Shown in pieces: positions 38,701-42,136 of a stretch of DNA of 42,136 nucleotides. The stretch's first letter is position 1. Every line of letters starts with the position of its first letter. The notes under the pieces were generated by a model. It was not told the DNA's origin. It searched no databases and was given only the letters and a program-made list of their open reading frames with translations. Made by a program: the position numbers and the translations under genes. The stretch comes from Candidatus Omnitrophota bacterium (GTDB lineage: Bacteria > Omnitrophota > Gorgyraeia > 2-01-FULL-45-10), in NCBI GenBank assembly GCA_026387155.1, contig JAPLMF010000027.1:18317-60452 (forward strand), read 5' to 3'.

Positions 38701-39084
38701 GACCCTTATCTGACCAGAAACTCCTTTTATAGGTATCGTTATTATGCCGTAGTCATCTAAGGTAATTTTGATATTCGGATCTATGTGCTCCATATAAGAA
38801 GGGTAATTATGTAAAGCCTTGACTGCATGGTCAACACCTTGCGCCTCTATAAGGCATTTTTCGCCGATGCGGCAGGCTATCTCCGTCAGAATAGCATAGT
38901 CCTTTATTTTATTATTGCGGGTAGTGTCTCCGGCGGGAGGGGTCGGATCGGAAACAATTTGCGGCGCAAGGGTATCTTTTGGAAAAACTTTAATATCGGC
39001 AAAGGCCGCGGAGGACGTGACCTGGGTCAGTATTACGAACCACGTCAGCGAGTGTAGAAGCAGATTATTTTGTTTCTTATCCAT
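32716..39084 (-). CDS. Giant secreted multidomain protein (~2120 aa): HExxH region, GT5/GT35-like GT-B domain, Glu/Leu/Phe/Val dehydrogenase domain, HEAT repeats, C-terminal domain
   Basis: Probable ATG at 39084 behind AGAGGA; signal peptide ..SSAAFA; HEFFH; GGGLGRV/HFNDG/VTNG/GRVVPEK/EAAG; MSFKN/AKGG/GPDM/QGLGEVG/AANAP/NYGG; VRRVAANILG. Confidence 0.8.
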   Translation of the reverse strand: MDKKQNNLLLHSLTWFVILTQVTSSAAFADIKVFPKDTLAPQIVSDPTPPAGDTTRNNKIKDYAILTEIACRIGEKCLIEAQGVDHAVKALHNYPSYMEHIDPNIKITLDDYGIITIPIKGVSGQIRVCLLENSAAVSRLGGGYDTPDRFAVKIFLSEHPQAGVSDEPLIGHRFNDVDLENISITPWNESQSFSRTLDELEEIIKARAPNAVKDKLLETIALFRNASEGWKLGTIKSVYESLEKYYLGFGTKRSIGLAAEFFDPRSPLYEHRLEALFHEFFHAAFGRGGEYSSEHDTSTHLLAIQIAAAIFWKDMPENYIRGLTLQDLENHGKNKFGEKIRAWKRYQQAKSEQVDVPKAMVGDNWKYLLKELSAALKVGWESDRSVSELLSACDQIAAANKRHPVEARYPILRAVRLLSKKEKLSLVTVLTSPECADVRSKPVVDSILLMLKEEISEDWMSRQARSLRDRSVWVVSSEVWNAGGGLGRVEQSHSIGFADLLKCGGQPLKTCEPYYARTKNKKTGQDEETNYSALLGVGAEEIKEVARFDVPIGNSTAVAVCYMAVNKFGIESYLIKGYKKGQAETEVPYYTERLYHYRNPDEGNLVSDAEFSAFFSRASLELIKIIEKRKAAVAADDYRAPAIHFNDGQLGSAPLFRNIYYKEDPILGRAMVGYSTHTYPNRVWWDRRTGDDILRYIGIDEKYWKYFYHTYGNVVDLTSAGARTADWYAGVSAQHVDDILSPARGFGYDNHDEWDHLTNMMVSVTNGDVRASTAHIFRENMLSLFPDADVEEPTPGEVLATKRESKKKLGLREDQYVVSFTGRVVPEKASPTRAFSPENIEKMVRAGIQVVIGANVPVNPHMVNSIKRFSDIERDIARKKQAEPDVYKGSFTIIHNIDIEDQRAILAATDVQIQDSDPKTEAAGYSEADVGVCGGLQLAPPLPEGILQSQGVPINLDIPGEGNTIIPKDNKPESYFTALMAVLEKTPEEVAKYQATAVKLSGILEARLTSAEYLRQWNAAVERKEVTAAAAIAPNKDLKGPKAPDSNTLISDLIASGKMFEVTIEDGVLKAYQVRYVNGYKPGATDPNECRGPPAEITRFFSEEESANVKNWLNLHRLRGSPIKFRIVLGEAAIGWNNDIAHSNIAHAGYRDGAIYIGEKLLKRIFQRNSERLCKTILEDDELAHLTGKDHGPNNAYKERLKLVSSLIRNIEARETAKLDILLNKIAALPIVRDALEGTPEEKLAALRALVIKTNEDGYYHKRGEAGLSIMLSGDLGKLLGLRDKDLPLYYTITASENGDFSALNALKEATDLARDMSFKNPLAEVFFEGGKSFLYVDGNNYFAATAVYGDKDLFDRGLVVAKGGVRIECAQKEASPANIANVRRAVELYVKAFIDLGTLGVSRIEGPDMRPNYMDVGDIMELIDGIGIQAEKDLNTELIPLTTSGSAEKGYLSHDAWRVTSLSVLESICALLDNESVIKQFNIPTDKPRTIILQGLGEVGGNIIKLFLEHPEVYNKYNFRVVGVSDLDFGSIYNSGGIPLEEIGRLAGDKAAAAKRGERFVFNPANYEILGSSEVIATTAEMSSKDEAAAREASKRILFKDALIAIPAAKAYQIETDEDVANLKVRIFASAANAPIGKKTSRPEEVARIERLMLAKGIISQPSWLINYGGIATSKEEILHRFIEGGLKAMLEPTKRKWLKDHVTGGDVIDVAWVNTYWALYLWKKEGYARPLSEIMKERAYRIADLRKEILMSDAAPLGKLQDKLMRLDSATTIAKSRVMLKDLGGDTEYLRSALADIKAPLAVRRVAANILGKSGNPGYASELLKILEEDSEPGVMYRNAAAGLGYILGQYKAGGEVVNRIHALYDRVKYNTSEGSARERKIWLEWLIKKSALTDTLSDRIKRDIEAIGRINKDLVPPVKDSKVIYHIIPEALVPHEYVGQSKTQRTVFSGVVKRWNDEYPDSSEKIVVVTEEEMRHPEKMIEKIKLREMELTGRDVLVDIALDDERYLDDEAFMSKMPKDAKFLVFKAEGGRLGTFRQLEGILAGLRALYINDYSQRMEKLSRIYELLTGAPPSRIPDVTDSGRDFARKFIFVLPPIEVRDPQEFATLNGMLIASLSAA

Positions 39085-39100
39085 CGTCCTCTTTATGGTC

Positions 39101-39135
39101 AAAAAAGGTACCCGGCAATAATTCGGGTACCTTTT
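39101..39135 (-). terminator. Intrinsic terminator (potentially bidirectional)
   Basis: AAAAAAGGTACCCG-9nt-CGGGTACCTTTT; T6 tail on the - strand, 30 nt after the stop at 39165. Confidence 0.75.
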
Positions 39136-39164
39136 ACCTTTCCCATCCCTGGATAAAATAATGG

Positions 39165-40130
39165 TTACAGCGACTTCAGCGCCGCCTGCGCGGCCCTGTA
39201 CGCTGCGCTTGCTGCCGCGAGATCCACCGGCACTATTCTCGGCAATATCCTGAAGAAACCTCTCTTAAGCAGCTCAATCACGTCGTCAATAGTAAAAGGC
39301 TTATTATCCGGTGCAAGAGCTACTCTATCGAGGGCCCAGAACACGAACCTGGCGCCATCTCTCGTATATCCGCCCGTAGCCCCATCTTTATACAGGACAT
39401 TTGCTACCGCTATCCTGAGCGCAAGGTCTTGTAGCCCGGGGACGGGCATGTAGCGCCCCCTACCGTCGCGCATCTGCTCGACATTAATGACACTTCCGTA
39501 CTGTGTGGCCGCGGCTGCGATCTTTTGGTCAGGAGTCGTCGTAACGACGGCCCGTACTTTACCCTGGTTATCTGTCATCGCCTTTTGTATGGCTTGCAGA
39601 AGAGCGCTTCCGGTACCTCGTATATTAATGATCCTATTACCGGCCTCCTGATTTATAAGACTCTGAGCAGCCTGTACTGTGCCGCGCAGCGCGTCTTCAA
39701 CAGTCGTATCGAATGCGTTTATGATCACTCCATCATCCACGTCGAGGCTCGTAATGAGACTTTTCATCTCTTTGGATGCCAGTGTATTGGCAAGATATTT
39801 GATCTGTCCGGTCTCTTTATTCTCGACAGCAGCTATCTCGGAAGCGGTCATCTCCAGAGATTCCGCGTCTCTTCGATTTGGAACGTCCTGAGTAAATACT
39901 TCGGCTGGCCCTTCCAACCCAAAGAGCTCATAAGCGCCGCCGGATGCCGCGAGAATAACATTCTCGCCTTCGTTAACTACATACCGCTTTCCCTGACTGT
40001 TCACTACTTCTATCTTGCCCTTTGTAACAAAGAGCGGTATATCTTCACCCTCATTCAAAGAAGAAGCTGATATGGAGCCACCCTGATCTATGGTATATCT
40101 GCCTGTAATATACCTATCTGTCTGGCCCAC
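39165..40130 (-). CDS. C-terminal part of a giant gene (PMI C-terminal cupin plus C-terminal domain), probably frameshifted from the upstream ORF
   Basis: Frame stays open 24 codons upstream of the GTG (..KKPEKAEFEVVGQTDRY..); cupin-like VTKGKIEV..EGENVIL. Confidence 0.65.
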   Translation of the reverse strand: MGQTDRYITGRYTIDQGGSISASSLNEGEDIPLFVTKGKIEVVNSQGKRYVVNEGENVILAASGGAYELFGLEGPAEVFTQDVPNRRDAESLEMTASEIAAVENKETGQIKYLANTLASKEMKSLITSLDVDDGVIINAFDTTVEDALRGTVQAAQSLINQEAGNRIINIRGTGSALLQAIQKAMTDNQGKVRAVVTTTPDQKIAAAATQYGSVINVEQMRDGRGRYMPVPGLQDLALRIAVANVLYKDGATGGYTRDGARFVFWALDRVALAPDNKPFTIDDVIELLKRGFFRILPRIVPVDLAAASAAYRAAQAALKSL

Positions 40131-42136
40131 TACTTCAAATTCCGCCTTCTCCGGCTTCTTAGCCCGAACGGCTCGAACTTCAAGCTCGCCGGCTCGACTC
40201 TGTTAAGTCCTCCCTGTCTCTGGGCTTCCTCCAGCGCAGCACGCGTCTTCGCAAGGGCGACCTCGTTCATCGTAAGAATGTCCTTACCTTCTCTGCCGGG
40301 ATTTTGGCTTCTCAATTCTTCCGCCGTCATTTTAAGCGAAGCACCGGGTTTGGTAATAAGAAACTTTAGGCGATCAAAGAAGGAAACCGTACCATTCTTA
40401 TCTTCTTCGGGTGTAACAGCCTTAACCTCATACACCTTTACCTGGCCGTAAGCATGGGGTACATTGGCAGGCACTATCATCGGAACGCCCGGCTCAAGCT
40501 CAATCTCGTTCATCACCTCATGCATCCTGCCCTGCATACAAGCCTCGATGATCTCTTCAGCCGTCATATTTTGTTTAAGCCCGAGATAGGCCTTACCCTT
40601 CTCGAGCGGCACTATCATCTCGCTGAATGTGTGGAGCTGCACCGATAGCGGAACTGCGGATGCGAGCACTTTCGCGGTTATCGGGGAGGCCCCGAGCTTC
40701 GAAGCTACTATGCGTTCGGCAACCTGATCATCAGCCGCTATCCCAAACTTAGCCGCAAGGGCAAGCCGCTCGGCCTCGGTCTTTGCCCCCATCTGCGCCA
40801 ATATGAAACTTTGGACGACAGACTGTCCCCACATATATCCCTTAGAACCCAGGTTAAATTGCGGCTCCATAGGTATGGGCGCAGCGGATGCAGTAAGTCC
40901 TACGACCTGCGCCGCGCGGGCGACCTGATCCGGAGTTATTATGACAACCGGCCTCGTCGAACTTCCGGTTTCAAGCGGCCTGTTTAAATATCTATCCATA
41001 TTATTATATCCATAAAGATCGCGCATAGAGATGGTTCCTTCTTTTGGGGACGTATGTGCCCTAAAACTTATCGTCAGTTTGTCTGTTCTATTGGCAACAA
41101 AGGCTTCCTGGCCATTAACGGTCACGGCAATATAAGGGACCGCTGCTGTCAATGTCCTAGGGGCAACTCCGGGGATAGTAAAAGAAAAGTCTTTGAATAC
41201 CAGGCCGCCTAAATTGACTATTTCATCAACATAGTAAGGATAGGCAACGGTCCACGATCCTCTCTCAAGACGATAGGCTGTGCCGCCCTTGTCATCTTTA
41301 TTCCACTGTATGCCTCTGCCGCTTACGACATACTTGATATCCATACTATCATTCTGTAAGTGTCCCGGCCCCGTCGATGTATGCTGTATCGACCCGGGCA
41401 GATAGTCATGCAGAAATACCGTTGTATGATATCCACCGATGTGCAACATCAGATACATGACCATCTTTGGCGACTGCGAATCAAACTTCTCTTTATCGTA
41501 TATGGCTTCGGCCGATATGTTCGAACCGAGCTTCGCCACGCCTTCGGCCCCGCGCCAGTACATACCGTAAGACGCACCTTCGGCGTCTGCTATATCTATG
41601 CCGGAATCTATCACTGAATGCGTATCGATATAGCTTAAGCCCCTGTCTTTATCCTCGGCCCTAAGCATGTCCACAGGATTTACGGTAAGAAGTAATTTTT
41701 CAGCTCCCGGAACCTTGTCTTCTATGAGTGAAATTATCGCAAGCGCCTGACCCGCCATGATCTGTAAGCCCCTGGAGACTTCAGGATCCGCGACATCGAG
41801 AGCGCGCTGCGCTACAAGTGCGAAGTACTTTTTAAGGTCCTCTTTGTTCGTAATCATCCGATAGAACTTTAAGCGGTCATTTGCATCTATCTTGAATGCA
41901 CTGAGAAGCTCGGATTCGGGTTGATATGCGGGCCTATTGTCGAATAGCTCGGCAAGTGCCACCTGCGCGTCTATCGTGGTTGCATCAGCCTTGTACGAGC
42001 CCGCTTGGCTAAGATCGGGGGATACCCCATATTTTCCGGGCGACGAGCTGATGGTCGCGACAGCCAAGGATGGAAGAGCGGGCGTTAACGGTGCGGCCTG
42101 AACAACAGGCTTAAACTCAAAGACATCCGCATCCTC
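40130..42136 (-). CDS. Giant multidomain protein, partial (starts outside the window): cupin glucose-6-P isomerase-like and class I mannose-6-P isomerase-like domains
   Basis: Frame open to the window edge; TGPGHLQ..YVVSGRG..IVNLG (cupin GPI-like); AKVL..PLSVQLH..PGVPMIVPANVPHAYG..YEV (PMI-like). Confidence 0.72.
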   Translation of the reverse strand, partial: EDADVFEFKPVVQAAPLTPALPSLAVATISSSPGKYGVSPDLSQAGSYKADATTIDAQVALAELFDNRPAYQPESELLSAFKIDANDRLKFYRMITNKEDLKKYFALVAQRALDVADPEVSRGLQIMAGQALAIISLIEDKVPGAEKLLLTVNPVDMLRAEDKDRGLSYIDTHSVIDSGIDIADAEGASYGMYWRGAEGVAKLGSNISAEAIYDKEKFDSQSPKMVMYLMLHIGGYHTTVFLHDYLPGSIQHTSTGPGHLQNDSMDIKYVVSGRGIQWNKDDKGGTAYRLERGSWTVAYPYYVDEIVNLGGLVFKDFSFTIPGVAPRTLTAAVPYIAVTVNGQEAFVANRTDKLTISFRAHTSPKEGTISMRDLYGYNNMDRYLNRPLETGSSTRPVVIITPDQVARAAQVVGLTASAAPIPMEPQFNLGSKGYMWGQSVVQSFILAQMGAKTEAERLALAAKFGIAADDQVAERIVASKLGASPITAKVLASAVPLSVQLHTFSEMIVPLEKGKAYLGLKQNMTAEEIIEACMQGRMHEVMNEIELEPGVPMIVPANVPHAYGQVKVYEVKAVTPEEDKNGTVSFFDRLKFLITKPGASLKMTAEELRSQNPGREGKDILTMNEVALAKTRAALEEAQRQGGLNRVEPASLKFEPFGLRSRRRRNLK

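Noticed and set aside
1-42136. CRISPR array or IS/transposase
   Set aside because: No regularly spaced direct repeats and no ORF with transposase, integrase or Cas motifs

Overview
Bacterial chromosomal window with almost all genes on the - strand. Gene style and tandem giant secreted multi-enzyme genes suggest Omnitrophota (inference only). From left to right: a partial UPF0280/ApbE-like gene; hypE-hypD-hypC and a HypF reduced to its C-terminal domain; pyruvoyl arginine decarboxylase, agmatinase, a MetE-core/MesB-like protein and HtpX; and a ~25 kb carbohydrate locus. The locus holds an OM beta-barrel, ABC SBP and permeases, ROK regulator, GT2, GH94, two GH113, two stand-alone CBM-like paralogues, an OmpR-type two-component system, sugar epimerase and oxidoreductases, plus a PMM/PfkB/MFS/GH130/HAD block that splits the permease pair. 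At the right end are two giant multidomain genes that share a C-terminal motif. The most striking unexplained signal is a pair of diverged non-coding elements (about 3585-4178 and 19367-19809). Each abuts an upstream stop codon and is built from the same multi-stem modules, with many compensatory base changes between the copies. This points to a conserved, apparently uncatalogued structured RNA or ssDNA element. No tRNA, rRNA, CRISPR array, integrase or transposase was seen.
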